64,000 nt of DNA from Candidatus Solibacter sp. (GCA_025463045.1 JAOAPT010000050.1:3408-67407), one strand, 5' to 3'. Shown: positions 9,810 to 18,530, counted from the first letter of the stretch. A program made the numbers and translations. The notes: generated by a model not told the origin, from the letters alone.

Positions 9810-12136
9810 GCGCGTGCCCCCTCGATCAGCTTCCAGATCTTCTCCGGCGTCAGCGGCATATCGATGTGCCGCACGCCCAATGGCGAGAGCGCGTCGACCA
9901 CCGAGTTCACCACCGCCGGCGAACATCCGATCGTCCCCGCCTCGCCCACTCCCTTCACGCCCAGCGGATTCACCGGCGACGGCGTCTCCGTATGACTGCT
10001 CTCGATCCACGGCATCCGGCTCGCCCTCGGCAGCGCGTAATCCGTCAATTCGCCGCTCACCAGTTGCCCGCTTTCGTCGTACACCGCTTGTTCCCACAGC
10101 GCCTGCCCGAGCCCCTGCGCGACGCCCCCATGCACCTGTCCATCGACGATCAGCGGATTGATGATCCGCCCGATATCGTCCACGCACACGTATCGCTTGA
10201 TCTCGATCGCACCCGTCTCCCGATCCACCTCCGTCACCACCAGGTGCGCCCCGAACGGAAACGTGAAATTCGGCGGCTCCCAGAAATGCGTCGCCACCAG
10301 CCCCGGCTCCGTATTCGCCGGCAGCTTCTTTGCGTGATACGCCGCCACCGCCATCTCCGCGAATGTCACCGATTTTCCCGTCGCCTCATCCACGCAATAT
10401 CCGCCCGAGAAGTTCACCTGCTCCGTCCCCAGCATCATCGCGCCGAACTTTTTCATCTTCGCCTTCAGATCCTGCAGCGCATAGTACAGCGCCGATCCGC
10501 CCACCGCGGTGCCCCTGCTGCCGAACGTCCCGATCCCGTACTGCACCACCGCCGTATCGCCGTGCACTACCAGCACGTCATCCATCGGCACGCCGAGCTC
10601 GTCCGCCACAATCTGCGCAAACGTCGTTTCCTCGCCCTGCCCGTGCGGCGACGCCCCGGTCAGCACCGTCACCTTCCCCGAAGGCTCCACCTTCACCGTT
10701 GCCGATTCCCAACCGCCCGCCGGCAGCGCAATCGACGGACCCAGCGCGCAGATCTCGCCGTACGTCGAAAGCCCGATCCCCACCAGCCGTCCCTCGGCCC
10801 GCGCCGCCGCCTGCTCGCGCCGTAACTGCTCGTACCCCGCCTCCGCCATCGCCTTGTGCAGCGGCTTCGCGTAGTCCCCGCTGTCGTACGTCAGCCCCGT
10901 CGCCGTCCCGTACGGAAATTCATCGGCGTGCACGAAATTCTTCAGCCGGATCTCCGCCGGATCCATCTTCAATTCCTGCGCCAGCATATCGACCATTCGT
11001 TCGATCCCGTGCGTCGCCTCCGGCCGTCCCGCCCCGCGATACGCGTCCGTCGGCACGCAATTCGTGAACACCCCCACCACGTCCGCATTCACGTTCTTGA
11101 ACCGGTACAGCCCCGGCATCATCAGCACCGACAGTGTCGGAATCACCGGCGTCAGCAATTGGTGATACGCGCCCAGATCCTGAATCAATTTCAGCTTCAG
11201 CCCGAGAATCGTCCCGTCTCGCAGCGCCGCCAATTCGAAATAATCCACATGCCCGCGCCCGTGAATCGTCGCCTGAAAATTCTCGCGCCGCGATTCCACC
11301 CACTTCACCGGCTTGTTGATCTTCATCGCGATGTACGCCATCAGCGCTTCCTCGGCGTACACATTCAACTTCGATCCGAACCCGCCGCCCACTTCCGGCG
11401 TGATCACACGCAGCAGATTTTCCGGCATCCCCAAAATTCCCGCCACCAGCGTGCGCAGCAAATGTGGAATCTGTGTCGACGAATGCAGCGTCAATGAACG
11501 CTCCCCCGCGCGCCACTCCGCGATCACTCCGCGCGTCTCGATCGACGTCGGGATCAGCCGCTGGCTCGTGATCCTCTGCCGCACCACTACGTCAGCCTGC
11601 CGGAACGCCTCCTCCGTATCGCCGCCTTCCTGATGGAAGTTAAACGCCACGTTGTCCGGCCACTCCGGATGCACCGCCGGAGCCCCCGCCGCCAGCGCCT
11701 TCTCCGGATCCGCCACCGCCGCCGTCGGTTCGTAGTCCACCTCCACCAGCTCCGCCGCATCGCGCGCGATGTAGCGGTCCGTCCCCACCACCACCGCCAC
11801 CGGATGCCCCACGTAATACACGCGATCCTGCGCCAGCAAATGATGATGCGGCACGCGCAGCCCCGGAATCGACGCCGCGCACGGCACTGCCCCCAGCCCC
11901 GTTACATCCGCGCCCGTGAAGATCGCCGCCACTCCCGGCAGCGCCCGTGCCGCCGACGTATCGATCCCGCGGATCTTCGCCGCCGCGTGCGGACTCCGCA
12001 CCACGCATGCGTGATGCATCCCCGGCATCTTCAAATCGTCCAGGTAAAGCGCCGTCCCCGTGATCAGGCGCGGATCTTCCTGCCGCCGCACGCGCTTCCC
12101 GAAAAGAGTCTCCGGCTTGGTGATCGTAGTCGCCAT
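9806..12136 (-). CDS. coxL: Molybdopterin-binding large subunit, form II CoxL-like (xanthine dehydrogenase family)
   Basis: KRVRRQEDPRLITG N-terminus. Active-site loop AYRGAGR is encoded at 11024-11044 (form II signature, not the form I AYxCSFR). Start MATTITK lies 2 nt after the coxS stop. Confidence 0.9.
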   Translation of the reverse strand: MATTITKPETLFGKRVRRQEDPRLITGTALYLDDLKMPGMHHACVVRSPHAAAKIRGIDTSAARALPGVAAIFTGADVTGLGAVPCAASIPGLRVPHHHLLAQDRVYYVGHPVAVVVGTDRYIARDAAELVEVDYEPTAAVADPEKALAAGAPAVHPEWPDNVAFNFHQEGGDTEEAFRQADVVVRQRITSQRLIPTSIETRGVIAEWRAGERSLTLHSSTQIPHLLRTLVAGILGMPENLLRVITPEVGGGFGSKLNVYAEEALMAYIAMKINKPVKWVESRRENFQATIHGRGHVDYFELAALRDGTILGLKLKLIQDLGAYHQLLTPVIPTLSVLMMPGLYRFKNVNADVVGVFTNCVPTDAYRGAGRPEATHGIERMVDMLAQELKMDPAEIRLKNFVHADEFPYGTATGLTYDSGDYAKPLHKAMAEAGYEQLRREQAAARAEGRLVGIGLSTYGEICALGPSIALPAGGWESATVKVEPSGKVTVLTGASPHGQGEETTFAQIVADELGVPMDDVLVVHGDTAVVQYGIGTFGSRGTAVGGSALYYALQDLKAKMKKFGAMMLGTEQVNFSGGYCVDEATGKSVTFAEMAVAAYHAKKLPANTEPGLVATHFWEPPNFTFPFGAHLVVTEVDRETGAIEIKRYVCVDDIGRIINPLIVDGQVHGGVAQGLGQALWEQAVYDESGQLVSGELTDYALPRASRMPWIESSHTETPSPVNPLGVKGVGEAGTIGCSPAVVNSVVDALSPLGVRHIDMPLTPEKIWKLIEGARA

Positions 12137-12138
12137 CG

Positions 12139-12609
12139 CTAAGCCCCTCCCGCTTTCGCCACTGCCTTCACCGCGTTCACGATATGCTGATACCCCGTGC
12201 ACCGGCAGAGATTTCCTTCCAGCCCGTGACGGATCTCCTGTTCGCTCGGCGACGGATTATCGGCGAGCAGTTGCCGCGCCGTCATGATCATCCCCGGCGT
12301 ACAGAATCCGCACTGCAGCGCATGCTCGTTCCAGAACGCCTCTTGCAGCGGATCGAGCTTGCCGTTCTGTGCCAAGCCCTCGATGGTCAGCACGCTCCGC
12401 CCTTCAGCCTGTACCGCGAACATCGTGCAGCTCTTCACCGCCATCCCGTCCAGCATCACCGTGCACGCCCCGCAAATCGACGTCTCGCACCCGATGTGCG
12501 GCCCCGTCAGCCCCGCCACCTCGCGCAAATAATGAATCAACAAAAGCCGCGGCTCTACCTCGTCGGAATATGATTTTCCGTTGATTGTCAGTGTAAGTGT
12601 CTGTTTCAC
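12139..12609 (-). CDS. coxS: [2Fe-2S] small subunit, CoxS-like
   Basis: 156 aa with two Cys clusters, [11 protein letters not shown] and CGFCTPG...CRCTGY. Confidence 0.92.
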   Translation of the reverse strand: MKQTLTLTINGKSYSDEVEPRLLLIHYLREVAGLTGPHIGCETSICGACTVMLDGMAVKSCTMFAVQAEGRSVLTIEGLAQNGKLDPLQEAFWNEHALQCGFCTPGMIMTARQLLADNPSPSEQEIRHGLEGNLCRCTGYQHIVNAVKAVAKAGGA

Positions 12610-12798
12610 GATGCCCCCACGCGAATAGACACTATCAGAAATTGTGCCCCTCTGCTATCTCGCCAGCTTTTCTCTGCGTGTGTTTCTCTGCGTCTCCGCT
12701 CGATTCCTTCTACACGATCGCCCAAACCGATCTCCCCGTCCGCGCATTATCTATCACGCCCCATCCCTTGCCTTTAGTACCATCGCAGTTGAACTCCC

Positions 12799-13950
12799 AT
12801 GAAGATCGACCGTGCTTACACCCTGGCGACCCTCGCCCGCCTCGTTCAAATTAATTCCATCAATCCGACGCTCGCCCCCGGCGCTCCTGGAGAAGCCGAG
12901 ATCGCGGCCTTCATCGCCGCTTCCCTCCGCGAGTGCGGACTCACCGCCGAGATCCTCGAGCCCGCCCCCGGCCGCACCAGCGTGCTCGGCCGTCTCGCCG
13001 GTACCGGCGGTGGACGCAGCCTCATGCTCAACGCCCACTGCGACACCGTCGACGTCCCCGGTATGGCCGAGCCCTTCTCCGGCGCCATCCGCGATGGCAA
13101 GTTGTACGGCCGCGGCTCCTACGATATGAAGGGCTCGCTCGCCGCCTGCATGGCCGCCGCCAAGGCCCTCAAGGACGCGAACGCATCCCTCCGCGGCGAC
13201 CTCCTCGTCGCCGCCGTCGCCGACGAAGAGTACGGCAGCCTCGGCACCAGCGACATGATCACTCGCGTCAAGCCCGATGCCGCCATCGTCACCGAACCCA
13301 CCGCGCTCGAAGTCTGCCTCGCCCACAAAGGCTATCTCTGGATCGAAGTCGAAGTCACCGGCCGCGCCGCCCACGGCAGCAAATTTCAATACGGCATCGA
13401 TGCCAATATGAAAATGGGCCGCTTCCTCGCCCGCCTCGCCGATCTTGAACGCGACCTGCGCGCGCGCCGCCCGCATCCCCTCGTCGGACCGCCATCCCTG
13501 CACGCCGCCACGATCCACGGCGGCAGCGGACTCAGCACCTACGCCGCAACCTGCACCCTCCAAATCGAGCGCCGCACCGTCCCCGGCGAAACCGAGCAGC
13601 AGGCCGTCGGCGAGATCCAGTCCATCGTCGACACCCTCGCCGCCCAGGACCCCGATTTCCGCGCCACCGTCCGCCCCTTCTTCGTCCGCAACCCTTTCGA
13701 AGTCGCACCCGACGCCGCCATCGTCCAAGCCGTAACAAAAGCCGCGTCGACCGTCCGCGGCCGCGACCCTCTCCACATCGGTGACACCCCCTGGATGGAC
13801 GCCGCCCTCCTCCAGGCCGCCGGCATCGAAACCGTAGTCTGCGGCGCCACCGGCACCGGCGCCCACTCCGACACCGAATGGGTCGACACCGAAAGCGTCA
13901 TCCAACTCGCCGAAATCCTAGCCGAAACCGCCCTGGCCTACTGCACGTAG
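12799..13950 (+). CDS. M20-family metallopeptidase (ArgE/DapE/acetylornithine deacetylase-like)
   Basis: LMLNAHCDTV, GRGSYDMKGSLAA and ADEEYGSLG metal-ligand motifs. Confidence 0.85.
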   Translation: MKIDRAYTLATLARLVQINSINPTLAPGAPGEAEIAAFIAASLRECGLTAEILEPAPGRTSVLGRLAGTGGGRSLMLNAHCDTVDVPGMAEPFSGAIRDGKLYGRGSYDMKGSLAACMAAAKALKDANASLRGDLLVAAVADEEYGSLGTSDMITRVKPDAAIVTEPTALEVCLAHKGYLWIEVEVTGRAAHGSKFQYGIDANMKMGRFLARLADLERDLRARRPHPLVGPPSLHAATIHGGSGLSTYAATCTLQIERRTVPGETEQQAVGEIQSIVDTLAAQDPDFRATVRPFFVRNPFEVAPDAAIVQAVTKAASTVRGRDPLHIGDTPWMDAALLQAAGIETVVCGATGTGAHSDTEWVDTESVIQLAEILAETALAYCT

Positions 13951-13986
13951 GACAGGCCGGCCCACCAGTTCGGCAGATCCACGCGC

Positions 13987-14131
13987 CTCAGTTGCCTTCT
14001 GTCTGGTCCGTGTTCATCCCCGCTTATCCGTGGCCAAATCTGTTTTTACATCCGCCAGATTCGACCAGTTCAACCCCTGAGCCCCCTTTTTTATCGGCGT
14101 TCATCGGCGTTCATCGGCGGCTAAAGATTTT
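13987..14131. repeat. Composite dispersed intergenic repeat, copy A
   Basis: Modules are CTCAGTTGCCTTCT, GTGTTCATCCCCGCTTATCCGTGGCCAAA, TCCGCCAGATTCGA and TTTTATCGGCGTTCATCGGCGTTCATCGGCGGCTAAAG. About 80% identical to copy B over ~140 nt. Lies between convergent genes. Confidence 0.85.
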
Positions 14132-14153
14132 GCCTCTTTTGCCCGCCCCACTC

Positions 14154-15068
14154 CTACCCCTTCCCCTTCTCCGAGATCCTCGCAAAATGCGCCTTCAACA
14201 ACTGCATCAACGCCAGCGCCGGAGGCCGCGGCGTCTTCAACTTCGGATACACCAACGCCAGCGATCTCTTAATATCTTTCATCGGCAGTGGCACCGTCCG
14301 GATCTCCGGATGTCTTCCAGGCTCCAGGAACGCGCTCGCCGGAATTATCGAAATCCCCAGCCCCCGCGCCACCATCGCCTTGATCGCCTCCGTCTCCGCC
14401 AGTTCGATCACCACCTTCGGCGTCACCCGCTGCTTGAACAAATACCGGTCCACCAACTTCCGCGTATTCTGTGTCTGACGATGTAAAATGAACCGCTCCG
14501 CAGCCACATCCTGAATCGAAAACTTCGCCTGCCGTAACGCAGCGCTCTTCGCCGGCACCGCCACCACAAACCGCTCTTCGAACAACGGCACCTTTTCCAA
14601 CCCCGGCGACGAAAACGGCAGCACCACGATCGCCAGGTCTAACGACTGCGTCCAGATCTGCGCCGCCACTTCCTCAATCGTCCCGTCCGTGATCCGCAAC
14701 TCCACGTTCGGATACTTCTGCGCATACTCCATCAGAATCGGCGGCAGATGATACAGCAGCGTCGTCGACGCGCACCCGAACGCCAGCTTCCCCGAATACG
14801 GATCCGTGCTCGTCCGCGTGTGGCTCTCCGCCTCTTCCAGCAATTGGAAGATCGTTCGACCATGCTCCAGCAGCCGGTCTCCCGCCTGCGTCAGCGACAC
14901 ATTCCGGCGATTGCGATCGAACAGCCGCACCCGCAGCGAGTCCTCCAGTTCACGAACGTGCTGGCTCACCGTTGATTGCGAAATAAAAAGTACGTGACTC
15001 GCGCGCGTGAAACTCCGTGTCTCGGCCACCGCTCGAAACACTTCGAGTTGCCGGAAGTTGATGGGCAT
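14154..15068 (-). CDS. LysR-family transcriptional regulator
   Basis: N-terminal wHTH (MPINFRQLEVFRAVAETRSFTRASHVLFISQSTVSQHVRELE) plus a LysR substrate-binding domain. Confidence 0.92.
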   Translation of the reverse strand: MPINFRQLEVFRAVAETRSFTRASHVLFISQSTVSQHVRELEDSLRVRLFDRNRRNVSLTQAGDRLLEHGRTIFQLLEEAESHTRTSTDPYSGKLAFGCASTTLLYHLPPILMEYAQKYPNVELRITDGTIEEVAAQIWTQSLDLAIVVLPFSSPGLEKVPLFEERFVVAVPAKSAALRQAKFSIQDVAAERFILHRQTQNTRKLVDRYLFKQRVTPKVVIELAETEAIKAMVARGLGISIIPASAFLEPGRHPEIRTVPLPMKDIKRSLALVYPKLKTPRPPALALMQLLKAHFARISEKGKG

Positions 15069-15091
15069 GGGTGACAGTGTAGCATTTCACC

Positions 15092-15108
15092 AATCGGCCA
15101 TACCGATT
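15092..15108. promoter_or_regulatory. Candidate LysR-type regulator binding site (T-N11-A palindrome)
   Basis: AATCGG-CCATA-CCGATT has perfect 6-bp inverted arms containing T-N11-A. It is centred about 66 nt upstream of the predicted start/TSS of the divergent 15166 gene. Confidence 0.5.
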
Positions 15109-15130
15109 CTACATCCCTTCGAAAGTCGAT

Positions 15131-15159
15131 TTGCTCTCTGACACGCCGCGCTCCATAAT
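15131..15159 (+). promoter_or_regulatory. Sigma70-like promoter giving a leaderless mRNA for the 15166 gene
   Basis: TTGCTC (15131-15136), 17-nt spacer, CATAAT (15154-15159), then 6 nt to the ATG at 15166. No Shine-Dalgarno sequence. Confidence 0.5.
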
Positions 15160-15165
15160 CCAAAT

Positions 15166-16284
15166 ATGTTCTTTTGTTCGGCCTGTGACCGCAGCTATGA
15201 CGCCTGCCACCCACGTTGGCGCTGCGACTGCGGTAACTATCTCCTATACCGCAATGGAGCGCGCTTCCCGCTCGATCAACTCGGCGGACGCCCCGGCTCC
15301 ATCTGGCGCTATCGTGAGATGCTCGGCCTCGAAAACGGCACGCGCGTCAGTCTCGGCGAAGGCTTCACTCCGCTCGAGCGCGCCCAACTCATGGGCCGCG
15401 ATGTCTGGCTTAAGCTCGATTTCATGTGCCCCACCGGCTCCTACAAAGATCGCGGCAGTTCCGCCATGCTCAGCAAACTCAAGGAATGGGGCGTGCCGGA
15501 AATCGTCGAGGATTCTTCCGGCAACGCCGGAGCCTCGGTCGCCGCCTACGCCGCCCTCGCCGGCATCCGCGCCCGCATCTTCGTCCCGCAAAGCACCTCC
15601 GCCGGCAAGTCCGCCCAGATCGCGATGTACGGCGCCGAGCTCGTCAAGGTTCCCGGCTCGCGCGAGGAAACCACCCGCGCCGCCCGCGCCGCCGCCGATG
15701 CCGGGGGCTTCTACGCGAGCCACAATTGGAGCGCCCACTTCCTCCTCGGCATGAAAACCGTCGCCTACGAGATCGCCGAGCAACTCCAGTGGGATGTGCC
15801 CGATTTCGTCGTCGCCCCCATCGGCGGCGGCAGTCTCCTCTGCGGCGCGTGGCTCGGCTTTCAGGATCTCGCCGCCGCCGGCGCCATCTCGCGCCTCCCC
15901 CGCATGGTCGCCGTGCAGGCCGCCAACTGCCCGCCCGTCTACGACGCCTGGAAGTCCGGCCTCGACACGATCCCCGCCGCCGATAAGAAGGACACCGCTG
16001 CCGAGGGCATCGCCGTCGCCCGCCCCATCCGCGACAAACTCGTCCTTCAATCCCTGCGCGAATCGAACGGTATAGTTGCCACCGTCGGCGAATCCTGTAT
16101 CTGGGAAATGACCGAAGCCCTCGGTCACATGGGCGTCTATGTCGAGCCCACGTCAGCCACCGCCGCCGCCGCCGCCGCCGACCTGATCGCCACCGGAGTC
16201 ATCGCGCCTCACCAGTCCGTCGCCATCTTACTCACCGGCAGCGGCCTCAAAGCCACCGACAAAATCGTCGCGCACTACTTCTAG
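15166..16284 (+). CDS. Threonine synthase-like PLP-dependent enzyme with N-terminal Zn-ribbon
   Basis: CSACDRSY...WRCDCG ribbon, PLP-lysine motif CPTGSYKDRG, and SSGNAGAS. Architecture of a short-form threonine synthase, but the substrate cannot be determined from sequence. Confidence 0.75.
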   Translation: MFFCSACDRSYDACHPRWRCDCGNYLLYRNGARFPLDQLGGRPGSIWRYREMLGLENGTRVSLGEGFTPLERAQLMGRDVWLKLDFMCPTGSYKDRGSSAMLSKLKEWGVPEIVEDSSGNAGASVAAYAALAGIRARIFVPQSTSAGKSAQIAMYGAELVKVPGSREETTRAARAAADAGGFYASHNWSAHFLLGMKTVAYEIAEQLQWDVPDFVVAPIGGGSLLCGAWLGFQDLAAAGAISRLPRMVAVQAANCPPVYDAWKSGLDTIPAADKKDTAAEGIAVARPIRDKLVLQSLRESNGIVATVGESCIWEMTEALGHMGVYVEPTSATAAAAAADLIATGVIAPHQSVAILLTGSGLKATDKIVAHYF

Positions 16285-16316
16285 TCGAATTCAGCAATTC
16301 GCCGATTCGCAGCCAA

Positions 16317-16457
16317 GTGGCCTTCAGTCGGTGTTCATCACTAATCACCCGTGGCCAACTGCCTTTCAAGTCCGCCAGATTCGATCCCTCTGACCCTGAG
16401 CCCTCTTTTTTTATCGGCGTTCTTCGGCGTTCATCGGCGGCTAAAGGTGTTTTGCCT
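16317..16457. repeat. Composite dispersed intergenic repeat, copy B
   Basis: Same module order as copy A: GTGTTCATCACTAATCACCCGTGGCCAA, TCCGCCAGATTCGA, TTTTATCGGCGTTCTTCGGCGTTCATCGGCGGCTAAAGG. Confidence 0.85.
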
Positions 16458-16570
16458 TGTCGCTCATTATTTCCTCTCAATTCCGCAATTCCCTTTGCCG
16501 CGCAAAGCATTCACGCCAACATCAACTTTATTTTAGTAACCCCTTCAACCACTTACCGCACCAGCCCCCT

Positions 16571-16597
16571 TTGACGCCCCTGTTCGCCAGTTATAAC
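16571..16597 (+). promoter_or_regulatory. Sigma70-like promoter giving a leaderless mRNA for the 16604 gene
   Basis: TTGACG (16571-16576), 15-nt spacer (17 nt if the -35 is read as CTTTGA), TATAAC (16592-16597), then 6 nt to the ATG at 16604. No Shine-Dalgarno sequence. Confidence 0.4.
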
Positions 16598-16603
16598 TGC
16601 CAC

Positions 16604-17209
16604 ATGGCTACACCAACGCAACTCACTGCCAACCGCGTTAACGCGCAATCCTCTACCGGCCCACGCTCCGCCGAGGGCAAGGCCGCCTCTTCCCGTAACT
16701 CCCTCAAATTGGGACTCACCGCAAAATCCCTCATCATCGCCGGCGAAGATCCCGCCGAGCTCGATCAACTCACTGCGAAATACATGGATGAGTTCGAACC
16801 CGCCGACGTCATTGAAGAGCAGCTCGTCCACACCCTCGTCCGCGCCGTCTGGATGCAGAATCGCTGCGATCGCATCGAAGCCGCCTACCTCAACGCCCGC
16901 GTCGCCGCCCTCCCCGAAGGCACCGAGCACCCCTTAGGCGTCGCCGTCATCGAAGACGCCTCGCACGGCGATGTCCTCACCAAGATCTTCCGCCGCCGCC
17001 AGGCCGCCCAGCGCGAATGGACCCGCAGCCTCGAAACCGTCGACAAAATGCAATCCGAGCGCTATCAACGGGAAACAGAGCAACGGGTCGCCCTCAACCC
17101 CGCACCCCCGCGCCAGGATCGGGTTCGTTTTTCCGCCCCGCCGCAGGCCCCGGGCGTTCCGCCTCAACTCACCCCCGAACAGCAGGTGAATCTCGCCCTG
17201 CTTCTCTGA
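16604..17209 (+). CDS. Hypothetical protein (N-terminal ANR(V/A)NAQxSTGP...GK motif family)
   Basis: 201-aa segment starting MATPTQLTANRVNAQSSTGPRSAEGKAASSRNSLKLGLT. I recall similar unannotated proteins in Acidobacteria/Proteobacteria, with no known domain. The part of the ORF upstream of this ATG runs through repeat copy B and is rejected. Confidence 0.55.
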   Translation: MATPTQLTANRVNAQSSTGPRSAEGKAASSRNSLKLGLTAKSLIIAGEDPAELDQLTAKYMDEFEPADVIEEQLVHTLVRAVWMQNRCDRIEAAYLNARVAALPEGTEHPLGVAVIEDASHGDVLTKIFRRRQAAQREWTRSLETVDKMQSERYQRETEQRVALNPAPPRQDRVRFSAPPQAPGVPPQLTPEQQVNLALLL

Positions 17210-17262
17210 CTTTTGTTTTATCCCTGGCCCCGCCAAGCCCCTCGCCAGTTCGCAAACCAACG

Positions 17263-17372
17263 TGGCTCAGTTGCCTTCTTTTTATCGGCGTTCATCGGCG
17301 GCTAAAGGTTTTTCTTTTTAGTCACGCATGCCGCGCCGTGTTCAACTCCGACTATCCGTGGCTCAATTGATC
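17263..17372. repeat. Composite dispersed intergenic repeat, copy C (modules rearranged)
   Basis: CTCAGTTGCCTTCT is fused directly to TTTATCGGCGTTCATCGGCGGCTAAAGG, followed by GTGTTCAACTCCGACTATCCGTGGCTCAA. Lies between convergent genes. Confidence 0.8.
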
Positions 17373-17375
17373 TTT

Positions 17376-18530
17376 TCAAAGCCCTCTTAGCGCCACGACC
17401 GTCACGTCGTCACTCCGTGCTCCCCCGCTGAACTCGTTGACGTCGTCGATAATCGCCTGCACCAGCGCTTCCGCAGGCTGCACCTGATTCACCCGCAGCG
17501 CGTGAATCAACCGCTCTTCGCCGAATTCGTCGCCGCTATCGGCGCCCGCTTCGGTGACTCCATCCGAGTACAGGAGGAGTGTGTCTCCGGTGCACAACTC
17601 CGTCTCCGCCTCCGCGCACGTCCAACTACGGAACGCCCCGAGCATCGTCGCCGTCGAGTCCAGCAGTTCCAGTTCCCCGTTCGCCCGCAGCAGCATCGGC
17701 GGACAATGCGCGCAGTTCACATACCGGATCTTCCGCGTCCGATCGTCGTAACTCGCAAACACCAGCGTGGCGAATCGCTCCGCCGCCGTTGAGTCGAAAA
17801 AGTGACGATTCACCGTCGCCAGCACTTCCGCCGGCCTCTGCAGCGCGTGCGGAGCCTGACTCCGAAAGCACGCCTGCAAGTTCGCCATCAGCAGCGCCGC
17901 CGGGATGCCTTTCCCCGATACGTCGCCCAGCACAAACCCGATCGTCGAATCGGGCATCTCGAGAAAGTCGTAATAATCGCCGCCGACTTCGCGCGCCGGC
18001 ATGCAATGCCCCGCATAGTCCAGCGATTCCAGCCGCCGCAGCTTGCGCGGAAACAGCTTCTGCTGTACGTTCGCAGCAATCTCGAGCTCGCTCTTTCGCC
18101 GCCGCCCCGGCTCCGCCTGTTTCCGGATCGTTGCCAGCAGCCGGTTGTTGTCCCACGGCTTCTGCACGAAATCGCAGGCCCCCCGGCGCATCGCTTCCAC
18201 CGCCAGGTCCACGTTCCCCCACGCCGTCATCACCACCACCGGGACCGCGTTGCCCTGGGCCTCCAGGCTCGCCAGCAGGTCCATGCCCTCCTGGCCGCTC
18301 GTCGTATCGCGCGTGTAGTTCAGGTCCGTCAGAATCAGGTCGAACCCGCCGCCGCGCACCGTATCCAGCAGCGATTTCGGCGAATCGGCCGTCACCGCCT
18401 GCCAGCCCTGCCCCTTCAACAACAGCCGGAGCGCTTCCAGCACGTCGGGCTGATCGTCGCAAATCAGAACGCGATACGGTTTGGCTTCAATTTCGGTTCC
18501 GCTGGTAGGCTGCATCAAGGTCATCCACAT
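17376..18530 (-). CDS. Response-regulator receiver domain fused to PP2C (SpoIIE/RsbU-type) phosphatase
   Basis: REC domain (RVLICDDQPDVLEALRLLL...DLILTDLNY...VVVMTAWG) followed by PP2C motifs (GGDYYDF, GDVSGKGIPAAL, LLYSDGVTEA, DDVTVVAL). Start is one of the ATGs at 18530, 18524 or 18515. Confidence 0.88.
   Translation of the reverse strand: MWMTLMQPTSGTEIEAKPYRVLICDDQPDVLEALRLLLKGQGWQAVTADSPKSLLDTVRGGGFDLILTDLNYTRDTTSGQEGMDLLASLEAQGNAVPVVVMTAWGNVDLAVEAMRRGACDFVQKPWDNNRLLATIRKQAEPGRRRKSELEIAANVQQKLFPRKLRRLESLDYAGHCMPAREVGGDYYDFLEMPDSTIGFVLGDVSGKGIPAALLMANLQACFRSQAPHALQRPAEVLATVNRHFFDSTAAERFATLVFASYDDRTRKIRYVNCAHCPPMLLRANGELELLDSTATMLGAFRSWTCAEAETELCTGDTLLLYSDGVTEAGADSGDEFGEERLIHALRVNQVQPAEALVQAIIDDVNEFSGGARSDDVTVVALRGL

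Noticed and set aside
9806-12136. Calling the operon a genuine aerobic CO dehydrogenase (form I).
   Set aside because: The active-site loop is AYRGAGR and the gene order is S-L-M. Both are characteristic of form II enzymes, whose substrate is uncertain.
13878-14486. ORFs translating the composite repeat (IGVHRRLK-containing: 13878-14486, 16351-16536, 17017-17370).
   Set aside because: The shared peptide comes from the repeated DNA element in non-coding gaps. The flanking translation is low-complexity and differs between copies.
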